The notes under the pieces: model-generated | What the model was told of the DNA's origin: nothing | Seen by the model: only the letters and a program-made list of their open reading frames with translations | Databases searched by the model: none | In this document: piece after piece, positions 10,583 through 20,650 of the stretch | How positions within the stretch are numbered: position 1 is the first letter of the stretch | Layout of the letters: every line of letters begins with the position of its first letter | Source: Oscillospiraceae bacterium | GTDB taxonomy: Bacteria; Bacillota; Clostridia; Oscillospirales; CAG-272 | Length of the DNA: 64,000 bases | Direction of reading: 5' to 3' | NCBI GenBank assembly: GCA_015064845.1 | Contig: SVRL01000001.1 | Coordinates: forward strand, 10,346 to 74,345 | Program-made: the position numbers and the translations under genes

Positions 10583-10805
10583 TCTTTCCCGAAGCAACCG
10601 CAATTTCGGAAATCGGTTTCTCCTGCGGTTCTCGTTTTAAAAGATCGTAACAAAAACTTCTGCAAACATAATCTTTGCGAACAATTCCGTGCTTTTCACA
10701 TATAACATCCGTTGCTTCTCCCGAAGAACGTACGATCACTGTACCCAACTCACAAAAAGCACAGCTTTTTTCAATTCCCGCTTCATACGTCGATCTCTTT
10801 GCCAT
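10575..10805 (-). CDS. Small Cys-rich hypothetical protein
   Basis: GGAGG RBS before ATG at 10805; CxxC...C...C pattern; stop overlaps the mutS2 start. Confidence 0.7.
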   Translation of the reverse strand: MAKRSTYEAGIEKSCAFCELGTVIVRSSGEATDVICEKHGIVRKDYVCRSFCYDLLKREPQEKPISEIAVASGKNE

Positions 10806-10866
10806 AAGAACCTCCAATCTCCCTTTTTCGGTACGGGCGCACCATGGGCAGTCTATCTCATATATA

Positions 10867-11955
10867 TTATACAGCATTCCTTTTCATTTTTCCACACTTT
10901 TTTGAAAAAAACTTAATTTTTAATAAATTTAAAAGATAAACGGAACAAAGAATCGTCAAAAACAGAACAAATATCAATTTTTCTCCATTTTTCTGCTCGG
11001 AAAGTACAAAAAACAGAAATGAAAAAAGGGGACAAAACATACCTGTCAGCAATTTTCCTGCAAAATAAAGTACAGGAGAATAAAAAGCAGCCTCTGTTCT
11101 TTCCAGAACTTGCATGAAAACGGAAACTCCTCCGAATCCGAGCAAAACGCCTCCGAGCACCAACAAGGCTTCCATAGAAAACGCAGAAGATGAAAGTTCC
11201 AGAAAACCGAAAGAAAGCTCCATCAAACCGCCGAGCAATGCACGCACACCCTTTCCGACAGGAAGACCCAAAAGGGCGCACGTATCAAAAAGAACCGTAT
11301 TGACGAAAGAAAAAAAGACAACCAATCCGCAAACGGAAAGCATTGCAGAAACACTTTCCTTCACAGATGCACTGACTGCGCGTGGGACGGAAATACGGGA
11401 AAACGCAATTGTGTTTTCCGATTCGAGCACACTTCTTCGAAAAAAAGCCGTCAAACAAAGCCCCGTCCATGCCGCCGCAGATTGCGCCAAAAAGAAAATT
11501 ACTCCCTTTTGCGCATCTGAAAACAGCGTAGCCCCAACAGTACCAATCAAAAATGAAGCTCCTGCTTGATTGCAAAACGGCAAAATGGAAGCCGCTTCTC
11601 TTTTGGAAATTTCTCCTCTTTCGCAAAATTCCGCAAGCATGGCAGCCCCCGTTGGGAATCCTGCAAAAGAACCAATCAGAAAGGCAGAAAATCCGCAAGG
11701 ACTCAGTCCTGCCGTTTTTAAAAAAGTTTTTAGCGGCAAAGCAGAAATCCGATCGGCAAAACCAGTTTTTACTAACAGTTTGGAACAAACGGAAAATAAT
11801 GCAAGCGATGGCAAAACGGAATGCACAAAAACAGAAAGCGCGCGTCTGACGGTTTCCATCGTCCGTCCGGGCATAAAAACCGAATAAGCTGTCAGCCATA
11901 TGACTGCCAATAAAAAAAGCAAGGAGGAAAATCCATCCTTTTTTTGTCGTATCAT
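10867..11955 (-). CDS. ylbJ: Sporulation integral membrane protein YlbJ-like
   Basis: VLPSL, GFPTGA, N-x-G and GFGGVSVFMQ motifs; many TM segments; GGAGG RBS. Confidence 0.7.
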   Translation of the reverse strand: MIRQKKDGFSSLLFLLAVIWLTAYSVFMPGRTMETVRRALSVFVHSVLPSLALFSVCSKLLVKTGFADRISALPLKTFLKTAGLSPCGFSAFLIGSFAGFPTGAAMLAEFCERGEISKREAASILPFCNQAGASFLIGTVGATLFSDAQKGVIFFLAQSAAAWTGLCLTAFFRRSVLESENTIAFSRISVPRAVSASVKESVSAMLSVCGLVVFFSFVNTVLFDTCALLGLPVGKGVRALLGGLMELSFGFLELSSSAFSMEALLVLGGVLLGFGGVSVFMQVLERTEAAFYSPVLYFAGKLLTGMFCPLFSFLFFVLSEQKNGEKLIFVLFLTILCSVYLLNLLKIKFFSKKCGKMKRNAV

Positions 11956-12070
11956 GAGAACCTCCCGCATATAGTGAACTGAAGACATTTTACAATAAAA
12001 CATTATTCTTCAGTTTACGATAATATTCGAGGTTATACGATTTTTATTTACTTCGGGAAAGGAATCCAAA

Positions 12071-12364
12071 ATGAAAAAAAAGAACCCTGTATCTGCCCAT
12101 ACACCGAAGCCTTCGCCGATTTTGCGCGAAACGCTTGAAATTGCAAACCGATGCGAACTTCTCCTGTGCGGTGTTCTCGGCATCGAAGAATACCAAACGG
12201 AAAAAGTACGCCTACGAACGGAACGAGGAATCGTGGAAATTTGCGGTACTTCTCTTATGCTTTGTTGGGCAGGAGAAAAAAGACTACTATTGCGCGGTTC
12301 CCTTGAATGTCTTCGCTTTGAAAACAGACCGCCCAAAAAAGGAGGCTACCGTTCATGTCATTGA
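12071..12364 (+). CDS. yqfC: YabP/YqfC-family sporulation protein
   Basis: GVLGIEEY...VRLRT...VEICG pattern; immediately upstream of yqfD. Confidence 0.7.
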   Translation: MKKKNPVSAHTPKPSPILRETLEIANRCELLLCGVLGIEEYQTEKVRLRTERGIVEICGTSLMLCWAGEKRLLLRGSLECLRFENRPPKKGGYRSCH

Positions 12365-13533
12365 TCGAATATTTTCGAAGCCCTTACCGTGTTTTTGTTC
12401 GGGAAGATGATGCCCGTCTGATCCTTGATTTCCTGATTGCTCACAATATTCCTTTCCACGGTCAAAAAAATGATGAAAATACCTTCTCCGTTTTGCTTTA
12501 TGCTCCCTATTACAAAGCTTACAGCAAGCTGAGAGGAGAAAAGAGATACAGAAATGAAAGCCGAAAGCGTTTGGGATTTTTTGCACTGACGGCACGTTAC
12601 CGTAAACGGAAAGGTCTTCTCGTTGGTTTTCTTATGGCAACGGCACTGCTCGTTTTATCCTCACTCTTTGTTTGGGATATTAAAATAGAAGGTGCAGATG
12701 TCATTCATGAAAAAGTGATTATGGAAGCGCTGGAAAAACGGGGGGTATATCTCGGTACATTCATTCCTTCTTTGGATACGGAAATCACGGAGCAAGCATT
12801 GATTCTGGATGTGGAGGGACTTTCCTACGTCAGCATCAATCTTCGCGGAACCGTGGCGCACGTGGAAATCCGCGAACGCCACAACGAAACAGAAATTATC
12901 GACAGACAAACACCTTCCAATCTGATCGCAACGGCAGACGGACAAATCGAAGCGCTTCAAATCACGGGCGGCGTTGCTACCGTCAAACTCGGAGAAACCG
13001 TCAGGAAAGGAGATCTTCTCGTCAGCGGTATCATCGACTCTGCCGCGCTCGGTTATCGGCTGGTCCGCGCCAGAGGAGAAGTACTTGCACGCACAACAAA
13101 AAACTACCAAGCGAATATCCCTTATGAAACGACGGAAAAAGTCTACACCGGCAAATTTTTTTCGCAAAAATCTGTAAAATTTTTCTCAAAAACGATAAAA
13201 CTTTTCGGAAAGGATAGCATTTCCACCTCAAGTTGTGATAAAATAGAATCAGAAAAAAGAATTTATCTCTTCGGCTTCATTGCTCTCCCCATTTTTATCA
13301 CGGAAACCCATTTCGCGGAATATGAACTTCTCCCGAAAACACTGACAAGGGAGGAAGCACTCCGTCTTGCCGGAAAGCAAATTCTCGCTATGCGTGAAAC
13401 CGAGCTTTCCGATGCGGAAATTCTCGGCATATACACATCAGTCAACGAAGACGGAAATACCCTGCAATTGATCCAACAGGTGGAATGCATCATTGATATT
13501 ACGGAGGAAATAAAAATCGAAACCGCTCAATAA
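12355..13533 (+). CDS. yqfD: Sporulation protein YqfD
   Basis: TM segment followed by FVWDIKIEG, NLIATADG and GDLLVSG motifs; yqfC-yqfD-phoH synteny. Confidence 0.88.
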   Translation: MSLIEYFRSPYRVFVREDDARLILDFLIAHNIPFHGQKNDENTFSVLLYAPYYKAYSKLRGEKRYRNESRKRLGFFALTARYRKRKGLLVGFLMATALLVLSSLFVWDIKIEGADVIHEKVIMEALEKRGVYLGTFIPSLDTEITEQALILDVEGLSYVSINLRGTVAHVEIRERHNETEIIDRQTPSNLIATADGQIEALQITGGVATVKLGETVRKGDLLVSGIIDSAALGYRLVRARGEVLARTTKNYQANIPYETTEKVYTGKFFSQKSVKFFSKTIKLFGKDSISTSSCDKIESEKRIYLFGFIALPIFITETHFAEYELLPKTLTREEALRLAGKQILAMRETELSDAEILGIYTSVNEDGNTLQLIQQVECIIDITEEIKIETAQ

Positions 13534-13578
13534 AAACGCAAGACTCTTTGATCCCGAGCCGTTTTCCGAGAGATAAAC

Positions 13579-13681
13579 AAAAAAGCGGGCAACGCCCGCC
13601 GGAGGTTGCTTGTCTATCTAAACTTTGCTCATATTCAAACAATGTAAAACGGCAAGGTTGATTTTATGCAATTTCCTATAG
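13579..13681 (-). repeat. Dispersed ~100-bp structured element, copy C
   Basis: Minus strand reads CTATAGGAAATTGC...CCTTGCCGTTTT...ATAGACAAGCAACCTCCGGCGGGCGTTGCCCGCTTTTTT; aligns with 61601-61702. Confidence 0.9.
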
Positions 13682-13705
13682 TATAAAAAGAAACGGAGAT
13701 ATCCT

Positions 13706-14737
13706 ATGCTTGAAAAAATTTTATTGACCGATTCTGCGGAACAAACTGCCGCGCTGTTCGGCAATTTTGACCGCAATATCAATATGATCGAAAAAAATTT
13801 CAACGTTAATATTACAAACAGAGATACGGAGAAAACGCTCGGCGATGCCATTGTGATCCGCGGCGAAAACAGCGATCACGTTCTGAATGCCTTTACCGCG
13901 CTGGAATACCTGAAAAACATGACCAAGATGGGAACGGAACTCAGCGATCAAAGCGTAGATTACGTCATTGCTATGGTCAAAGGCGGCGAAAAGCTGGAAA
14001 ATTTCGGCGATGACTGCATTTGCGTAACTACAAAAGGCAAACCGATCAAAGCAAAAACAGTAGGTCAGAAAAAATATGTGGATGCCATCAAAAAAAATAC
14101 GGTTATTCTCGGTGTCGGTCCCGCAGGAACGGGAAAAACCTTTCTTGCCGTTGCCGCTGCCTCCACAGCGCTGAGAAACAAAGAAATCTCCCGTATTATT
14201 TTAACACGTCCTGCCGTGGAAGCCGGTGAAAAGCTCGGTTTTCTGCCGGGCGATCTGCAAACAAAAATAGACCCCTATCTGCGCCCGCTTCACGATGCGC
14301 TTTTCGAAATGCTCGGTGCAGAAGCTTATCAGAAGCATATTGAGCGCGGAACCATTGAAATCGCGCCCCTCGCCTATATGCGCGGACGCACGTTGGACGA
14401 CAGCTTCATCATTCTGGATGAAGCGCAAAACACAACGCCCGAACAGATGAAAATGTTTCTCACACGACTCGGCTTCAATTCCAAAGCCGTGGTTACGGGC
14501 GATATCACACAAACAGACTTGCCTGTCGGCACAAGAAGCGGTCTTGTGGAAGCCATGAAAATTTTACGCGGCATCGAAGGCATTGCCATTCATGAATTTA
14601 CGGAACGGGACGTTGTACGCCATAAATTGGTTCAGCGAATCATTCTTGCTTACGATCAATACGAGCGTGAAAGAAAGGAAAAAGCCGAACGTTTCCGCGC
14701 CGTTAAAAAAGACTTTTCGGGAAAGGACAAAAAATGA
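13706..14737 (+). CDS. phoH: PhoH-family ATPase
   Basis: GPAGTGKT, RPAVEAGEKLGFLPG and RGRTL...DEAQN motifs. Confidence 0.95.
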   Translation: MLEKILLTDSAEQTAALFGNFDRNINMIEKNFNVNITNRDTEKTLGDAIVIRGENSDHVLNAFTALEYLKNMTKMGTELSDQSVDYVIAMVKGGEKLENFGDDCICVTTKGKPIKAKTVGQKKYVDAIKKNTVILGVGPAGTGKTFLAVAAASTALRNKEISRIILTRPAVEAGEKLGFLPGDLQTKIDPYLRPLHDALFEMLGAEAYQKHIERGTIEIAPLAYMRGRTLDDSFIILDEAQNTTPEQMKMFLTRLGFNSKAVVTGDITQTDLPVGTRSGLVEAMKILRGIEGIAIHEFTERDVVRHKLVQRIILAYDQYERERKEKAERFRAVKKDFSGKDKK

Positions 14738-15216
14738 AACTGAAACTTTATTTTTCCAACGAACAGAAAAAAATCAAAATTTCTTTCAAAATACGCCATT
14801 TGATTACCAAAGCGGTAAAAGAAGCATTGAAACAAGAGGAATTTGAATATTTTGCAGAAATTTCCGTCAGCTTTATTGATAACGAAGCCATTCACAAGCT
14901 CAATCTGCAATACAGGGAAAAAGATAAACCTACCGACGTTCTTTCCTTTCCCATCTGGGAAAAGGATGAGTTGGAAGACGGAATTGCTTTTGACGGACAC
15001 GCCGTAACGCTCGGCGATATCATCATCTCCGCAGAACAGGCAAAAGCCCAATCGGAAGAATACGGACACTCATTGGAACGCGAAATCTGCTTCCTTGCTG
15101 TACATTCCGTTTTGCATTTGCTCGGTTACGATCATGAAACCTCAGAAGAAGATGAACGTTATATGAAGCAAAAACAGGAAGACGTCTTGAAAAAAATCGG
15201 ACTTCCGAGAAAATAA
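14734..15216 (+). CDS. ybeY: rRNA maturation RNase YbeY
   Basis: PTDVLSFP and HSVLHLLGYDH motifs. Confidence 0.96.
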   Translation: MKLKLYFSNEQKKIKISFKIRHLITKAVKEALKQEEFEYFAEISVSFIDNEAIHKLNLQYREKDKPTDVLSFPIWEKDELEDGIAFDGHAVTLGDIIISAEQAKAQSEEYGHSLEREICFLAVHSVLHLLGYDHETSEEDERYMKQKQEDVLKKIGLPRK

Positions 15217-15312
15217 GCGGCGAATCGCCGCTCTCGGTCGCCGCCGTATTTTAGTTTTTTGCAAATTTGAAACTTTGCTTAATGGGCGGAATTCATCTGC
15301 GCAATTTCTACC
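15215..15312 (-). repeat. Dispersed ~100-bp structured element, divergent copy E
   Basis: Minus strand reads GGTAGAAATTGCGC...CCGCC...GGCGGCGACC...GCGGCGATTCGCCGCTT; same length and stem order as the other copies but lower identity. Confidence 0.6.
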
Positions 15313-15356
15313 GTTAAAAATTTACAACAAATATTGAAAGAAAAGGAATCAAAAAT

Positions 15357-16259
15357 ATGAAAAAAAATCTTTTTGCTGCATTGATTGGCAGACCAAACGT
15401 CGGAAAATCCACTTTGCTCAACCAATTGCTTGGCGAACACGTTTCCATCGTATCTCCCAAACCTCAGACCACACGTACAAAAATTACGGGAATTCTGACA
15501 AAGGATGAAACACAATTCGTATTTCTGGATACACCCGGCATTCACAAACCGAAAGACAAACTCGGCTCCTATATGATGAAAGTTGCCGACGGCGCGGTAT
15601 CGGACGTGGATATCGTTCTTTTACTTGTGGAAGCAGGCGACCGTGTCGGCCCCGTGGAAAAGGAACTTCTCCGCCGTTTTGAAAATTCTCACACACCCAC
15701 GGTTCTTATCATCAATAAAACCGATATCAGCAATGCCAATCAGATCGGTGATACGATTGCGCGTTTCTCCGAAAATCATACCTATGATGCCGTCATTCCG
15801 ATTTCCGCGAAAAACGGCGAAAACGTAGATATCATTTTGGAAGAAATCGAAAAATTTGCCATGGAAGGTCCTTGGTTCTTCCCCGACGATATCATCACGG
15901 ATCAGCCCGAACGTGTCATCGCTTCTGAAATCATCAGAGAAAAACTGCTTAATGCCCTCGGCGATGAAATTCCTCACGGTACAGCCGTTATCATTGAAAG
16001 TTTTAAGGAAAAGAAAGACAAGAATAAAAATGAAATGATCTCCATCCGCGCGGAAATTTTCTGCGAACGTCCTTCTCACAAACCGATCATCATCGGCAAA
16101 AACGGTGAAATGCTGAAAAAAATCGGCTCTTTCGCCAGAGAAGATATGGAACGCTTTTTCGGTGTAAAGGTGTTCCTGGATCTTTGGGTTAAAGTCAAAG
16201 AAAATTGGAGAGAAAGTGCGGCAGTCGTTGCAAACTTCGGCTTCAAGGACGAAGAATAA
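15357..16259 (+). CDS. era: GTPase Era
   Basis: GRPNVGKST, PQTTR, DTPG and NKTD motifs; C-terminal KH domain. Confidence 0.97.
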   Translation: MKKNLFAALIGRPNVGKSTLLNQLLGEHVSIVSPKPQTTRTKITGILTKDETQFVFLDTPGIHKPKDKLGSYMMKVADGAVSDVDIVLLLVEAGDRVGPVEKELLRRFENSHTPTVLIINKTDISNANQIGDTIARFSENHTYDAVIPISAKNGENVDIILEEIEKFAMEGPWFFPDDIITDQPERVIASEIIREKLLNALGDEIPHGTAVIIESFKEKKDKNKNEMISIRAEIFCERPSHKPIIIGKNGEMLKKIGSFAREDMERFFGVKVFLDLWVKVKENWRESAAVVANFGFKDEE

Positions 16260-16296
16260 TCTTTTCCGAATATAAACGATCAAGGAGAAAGACTCT

Positions 16297-17127
16297 ATGA
16301 CGGAAACGATCAAAGGTGTTGTACTGCGGGAAACGGCGATTGGCGATTATGATAAGATCATGACGGTTCTCACTGCCGACCGAGGCAAGCTTTCCGTCTT
16401 TGCAAGAGGAGCCAAACGGTTAAAAAGCCCTTTGTTTACCGCCACCCAAATTTTTTCTTATTCGGAAATGACCATTTACCGCTCTGCAAATCATTACTAT
16501 CTGCGCTCTGCGGATCTCATTGAAAATTTTTACCGTATGCGCGATTATCTGGAAGGTTCCGCGCTTGCAGGTTATATTGCGGACGTGGCTGCGGATATTG
16601 CCGTGGAAAATCAAGATGAAACGGAACTTTTGCGTTTGGTCCTCAATTGCTTTCACGCCATTTCCATGCGCAAAAAACCGCCTATGCAAATCAAAGGCGT
16701 ATTTGAATTACGCGCCGCCACAAGCGCAGGATTTATGCCCAATCTGGTTGCTTGCGCAGGGTGCGGAAATTCCGATCTCGAAATTTATTATTTTGACGTA
16801 AACGACGGTGTATTCCGTTGTGAAGAATGTTATCGCACAGAAGCGCTGATTGCTGAAAAACTGGCGCAAAGGCAAAGCGAACCGGATGCCATTTATCAAA
16901 CAACAGGGCAAACCATTGCCTTGATTTCTCCTTCTGTTTTTGCCGCCATGCGTTTTTCCGTCTATTCCCAAGCGCAAAGAATCTTTTCATTTGAATTAAA
17001 GGACAAGCAAACGCTTCTGGATTTTTCCAAAGTTGCGGAAAATTATTTGCTTTGCCATCTGGAAAAAAACTATGCCACACTTGAATTTTTTCACGCAATC
17101 AATGATGTTTCCGCAAATATAAAATAG
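16297..17127 (+). CDS. recO: DNA repair protein RecO
   Basis: N-terminal OB fold (GVVLRE...ARGAKR), CxxC...CxxC Zn finger; era-recO synteny. Confidence 0.93.
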   Translation: MTETIKGVVLRETAIGDYDKIMTVLTADRGKLSVFARGAKRLKSPLFTATQIFSYSEMTIYRSANHYYLRSADLIENFYRMRDYLEGSALAGYIADVAADIAVENQDETELLRLVLNCFHAISMRKKPPMQIKGVFELRAATSAGFMPNLVACAGCGNSDLEIYYFDVNDGVFRCEECYRTEALIAEKLAQRQSEPDAIYQTTGQTIALISPSVFAAMRFSVYSQAQRIFSFELKDKQTLLDFSKVAENYLLCHLEKNYATLEFFHAINDVSANIK

Positions 17128-17150
17128 CAAACCAATTGTCCTATGCAATC

Positions 17151-17209
17151 AAAAAGACCTGAAAAACAGACTTATCCCACAAGATAAGCACTGCCATCAG
17201 GTCTTTTTT
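17151..17209. terminator. Long bidirectional terminator-like hairpin
   Basis: AAAAGACCTGA...TCAGGTCTTTTTT outer stem with inner CTTATC/GATAAG stem; between convergent genes. Confidence 0.75.
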
Positions 17210-17230
17210 ATTCTCGTTTCAACATTGATA

Positions 17231-17995
17231 TTATGAATCCGAATCAATCTGATTGATAAATTCCTCAAACAAGCGCTGAAGCGTCTGATCTTCTAATTTT
17301 TTCCACTCCAAATTTTCACTGCTGTATCCATCGTCAACCGACTTACCCAAATCAATCGCAAATATGCGCTCATTGTTCGATGAATGGAAATAACTTACAA
17401 TTTTCGTTTCCCAAACAACATTTTCCGATTCGGAAAAAATAACTCTCAAATATAATTGTTTTTCATTGTCTTTCTTTGAAAATTCACGCTCGTATCCCTC
17501 TGCGTAATTGCTATCAACATCAAACACGGCGTGATTTTCTTCAGAGATCATTGTTTTGAAAGATTCAATCGCATCCGAATCACTTGATTCAAAAATAACA
17601 TCTTGTTCCTCTGCCTTGGTTACATCATAAACATAGAATTGTATTTTTTCAATCGTCCATTCATCAATGATTGAAATATATGTCTGCGGATTTTGCAAAA
17701 CCCTATCATAGCGAGAAGAAAGCCAACCGAATGTTTCGGAAACCGTCGCTCCGATTATTTCGGTTTGATTTTCACCGATAATGTTTTTGTACTCTAACAT
17801 ATAGGTTGTATTATTTTCTTCCGATTGGAATTTATATTTACCAATCCCTTTGGATACATTCAAATATCTCAAATGATAATCATAACAGCGATAATCTTTA
17901 TAATCTTCAATATTGGGGGAGCAGGAAACACTTCCTATCAAGATCGATACGATAAGAAAACTCACAAACAAAAATCTTGTCATACTTTTCATCAT
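17231..17995 (-). CDS. Hypothetical lipoprotein
   Basis: Signal peptide with lipobox-like SVSC; GAGGAGG RBS; AT-rich. Confidence 0.7.
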   Translation of the reverse strand: MMKSMTRFLFVSFLIVSILIGSVSCSPNIEDYKDYRCYDYHLRYLNVSKGIGKYKFQSEENNTTYMLEYKNIIGENQTEIIGATVSETFGWLSSRYDRVLQNPQTYISIIDEWTIEKIQFYVYDVTKAEEQDVIFESSDSDAIESFKTMISEENHAVFDVDSNYAEGYEREFSKKDNEKQLYLRVIFSESENVVWETKIVSYFHSSNNERIFAIDLGKSVDDGYSSENLEWKKLEDQTLQRLFEEFINQIDSDS

Positions 17996-18079
17996 AATCC
18001 TCCTCATTCAAAGCAAAGTGTCAATTCTTGTCATAATTATATCATTTCATGTTTCGAATTACAAGAAATTTTGCAAATC

Positions 18080-18107
18080 TTTACAAATTCTTCACATATT
18101 CTTTACA
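18080..18107 (-). promoter_or_regulatory. WalR/OmpR-type direct-repeat box (three half-sites)
   Basis: Minus strand TGTAAA-N5-TGTGAA-N5-TGTAAA. Confidence 0.5.
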
Positions 18108-18169
18108 TATTATTGTATTTTATCCGCATTCTAAAGCTTACAGCTCTTATAAATGAGTGATACAAATTA

Positions 18170-18198
18170 AAAATCCCTGCTCAAAAACAGGGATTTTT
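18170..18198 (-). terminator. Intrinsic terminator
   Basis: AAAATCCCTG-loop-CAGGGATTTT. Confidence 0.75.
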
Positions 18199-18216
18199 GC
18201 ATAAGCTAACGTAAGT

Positions 18217-19452
18217 TCAATAAACAAGTTCAATATTTTCAAATTTCTCGATTTTGCCGTCGGAGCCGATGGTGCCGATTTTCATAGCTTTATCCCATGA
18301 TTTTGCAATTCCGTCACGGACACCGATCCCTTGCCCCTCTATGATCAATTGATTTCCGCATATGATAGCTTCACGGGAAATAAATTCAAATTCGGGGTTG
18401 TCATATATACAAACACACTCTGTACCATCATATTTCACACGATAAAGCTTACCGTCGTTATCTTTATACAATTCTATTTCTTTGCCTTTGGAATTCGTAT
18501 AGGTTCCAACTAATATCTCTTTGGCTTGACAGAAATATATGTAATTTTCATCTGCAGCAATAACGTTATAAACATTTGATTCTAATCCAAGCATTTCATT
18601 GCTGAGCAGAGTGGTTTCTCCAGTTTTCATATTGTACATTTTCAATCCGATAACTTTTCGGTTATTGTAATTACTTTTATCATCGTATTCATTTTCGAAA
18701 AATAGACTTCCATAAAAATAATTGGTTATTGGATATGTTGTAAATTCAACTTCTGTCAAATCGAGATTCGCTTTCAAATAATCTCCGACAGGAAATACTC
18801 TTCCATACATTTTATCATTATAAAAAAAATGCGGCAAAATACAATTCCCCGTCTTTTCTGTTAGATTTTCCATTTCCTTCGTTTCAACATTGAAGCGAAG
18901 AATACAAGCATTTCCATTTTCATCCGCATTCATAGGAACATAAATATATTTATCATAGGCTGTGAAACTCGGAGACCAAATAGAACGATTCAGTTCTTCA
19001 AGCGAATAGGATTCCTCGCCGTATTCAATTTTTAAATCGCTTCCGTCAAACGCAAAGGAATAAATTTGTCCGTATTTTGTTGCAGTATAAAAACGATTAT
19101 TGATAAAAAATGTATTTTTTAAATCAAAAGAATAAATTTTTTCTGTATCCATTGGGTTGGCAAGACATTTTCCACCGGAATGGTCACAAAGCGGATCAAA
19201 ACAATAAACATATGCTTTTCCGTCTGCTTTGCTGTAATAGAAAACGTAGCCGGACTGTTCAAAGAGTATGCGAGAAGGAATGTCAATAAATTCACTCGCT
19301 CCATTTTGGATGATGATATCTTTTAATTCGGAATCTTTTGGTTTTTCTTGGTTTTGTGTTTTTTCTGACGTGGTTTCATTCGGCGGTGTTTGGTTGCAAG
19401 ATGTTAAAAATAACATCATGCACGTGAGTAATAAGGAAAATAATTTTTTCAT
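18217..19452 (-). CDS. Hypothetical lipoprotein, probable beta-propeller (DUF5050-like)
   Basis: Lipobox LTSC; CFDPLCDH motif; repeated YIY/LYR beta-blade patterns. Confidence 0.7.
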   Translation of the reverse strand: MKKLFSLLLTCMMLFLTSCNQTPPNETTSEKTQNQEKPKDSELKDIIIQNGASEFIDIPSRILFEQSGYVFYYSKADGKAYVYCFDPLCDHSGGKCLANPMDTEKIYSFDLKNTFFINNRFYTATKYGQIYSFAFDGSDLKIEYGEESYSLEELNRSIWSPSFTAYDKYIYVPMNADENGNACILRFNVETKEMENLTEKTGNCILPHFFYNDKMYGRVFPVGDYLKANLDLTEVEFTTYPITNYFYGSLFFENEYDDKSNYNNRKVIGLKMYNMKTGETTLLSNEMLGLESNVYNVIAADENYIYFCQAKEILVGTYTNSKGKEIELYKDNDGKLYRVKYDGTECVCIYDNPEFEFISREAIICGNQLIIEGQGIGVRDGIAKSWDKAMKIGTIGSDGKIEKFENIELVY

Positions 19453-19516
19453 ACATATTTCTCCTTGTTTCTTCGATTTTTATTTATTGTACCATATTTT
19501 CGGGAAAAAATAAAGT

Positions 19517-20124
19517 GGATTTTCGGGGGCGTAAAGCTGTAACTTAAATGTTTAGGAAATGCTGATACGTTTAAGTATTAATACCCGGATCATATTCTTG
19601 GTAAATGTACCCTTCCCAAATAGTTTCAGAATCGTAACCAATTTGGAATTCGGCATCAAAACTTATAATAGTTTTTCCGGAAGAAATATTTACGAACTCA
19701 TCCAAAGTTTCCCCACGCTGTTTAGGGACAAGCAAACGACGTGAAATAGTAAAGAAATCCTGAGTACCATCATCATAATTCACTGCGCATTGCGCATGAA
19801 GCAGATACATGTTTAATTCCTCATAATCATGATTGGTAAAAGTAACGCCATAATTCAAAAAACGCGTGTTGGAATTAAAGTAAATAAATCCTTCTGCTTC
19901 TGCAATCGTATTCCACGGATTGTAAATATAAAATTTATCTTCAATATTAATTTCATCATCAGATTCAACTGTAGAAACATCTACAACAGTAGCAAAAACA
20001 GAGATTGCGCAAATCGCAAAGATCATCGCAGTTGCAAGCAGCACTGCAAAAATTTTTTTAACAGATTTCATTTGGAAATCCTCCTTATAATTTAATTTTA
20101 AGATTTTCGCGCCCCCGAAAATCC
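19517..20124. repeat. Perfect 15-bp inverted-repeat pair bracketing one gene
   Basis: GGATTTTCGGGGGCG at 19517-19531 and CGCCCCCGAAAATCC at 20110-20124. Confidence 0.8.
19571..20071 (-). CDS. Hypothetical secreted protein
   Basis: Sec signal peptide ending VFA; AGGAGG RBS. Confidence 0.75.
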   Translation of the reverse strand: MKSVKKIFAVLLATAMIFAICAISVFATVVDVSTVESDDEINIEDKFYIYNPWNTIAEAEGFIYFNSNTRFLNYGVTFTNHDYEELNMYLLHAQCAVNYDDGTQDFFTISRRLLVPKQRGETLDEFVNISSGKTIISFDAEFQIGYDSETIWEGYIYQEYDPGINT

Positions 20125-20205
20125 TTGGGAGAAAAGCTCCCTTGTATAATAAATCAAAAAATTTTTATTATTTTTTGACTATTATCAAAAATGTTTGAAT
20201 ATGAA

Positions 20206-20619
20206 TCAGCCGTACGTTTTGGTATCTTCAAACGTAACCACGTCATCTGCGCCGCCCGCGCCGGAAAGCACATACTCTACGGTGCATCTGTAAGTACCTG
20301 TCTTTTCAAGCTGGTATACGTATGTATTGATGTAAGAACTTCCATAGACAATATTAGTGTCGTCTACAACATCTTTCCAAAATATCAGAAGATTTCTTTT
20401 TTCAATTTTAATGGTAATGGTTGCCACTATCAGATTTGAGTCAAGTCCTTCATAGTTGACAGCAACTCTTGCTTCTCCTGCATCTGTAATATTGAACGAT
20501 GTAGTTGTAAAGAGAACATTATTATAGCGAGGCATAATTTCGGATGCCATTACCAAGTTTTGAGAAAAACAAGCGATTGTAAAAATTACAGCTAAAATTA
20601 AACAAATTTTTCTTTTCAT
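20206..20619 (-). CDS. Hypothetical secreted protein
   Basis: Signal peptide ending VMA, followed by IMPRY; beta-rich mature region. Confidence 0.75.
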   Translation of the reverse strand: MKRKICLILAVIFTIACFSQNLVMASEIMPRYNNVLFTTTSFNITDAGEARVAVNYEGLDSNLIVATITIKIEKRNLLIFWKDVVDDTNIVYGSSYINTYVYQLEKTGTYRCTVEYVLSGAGGADDVVTFEDTKTYG

Positions 20620-20650
20620 GATGTATTTCCTTTCTTTTCATGTTTTTATT

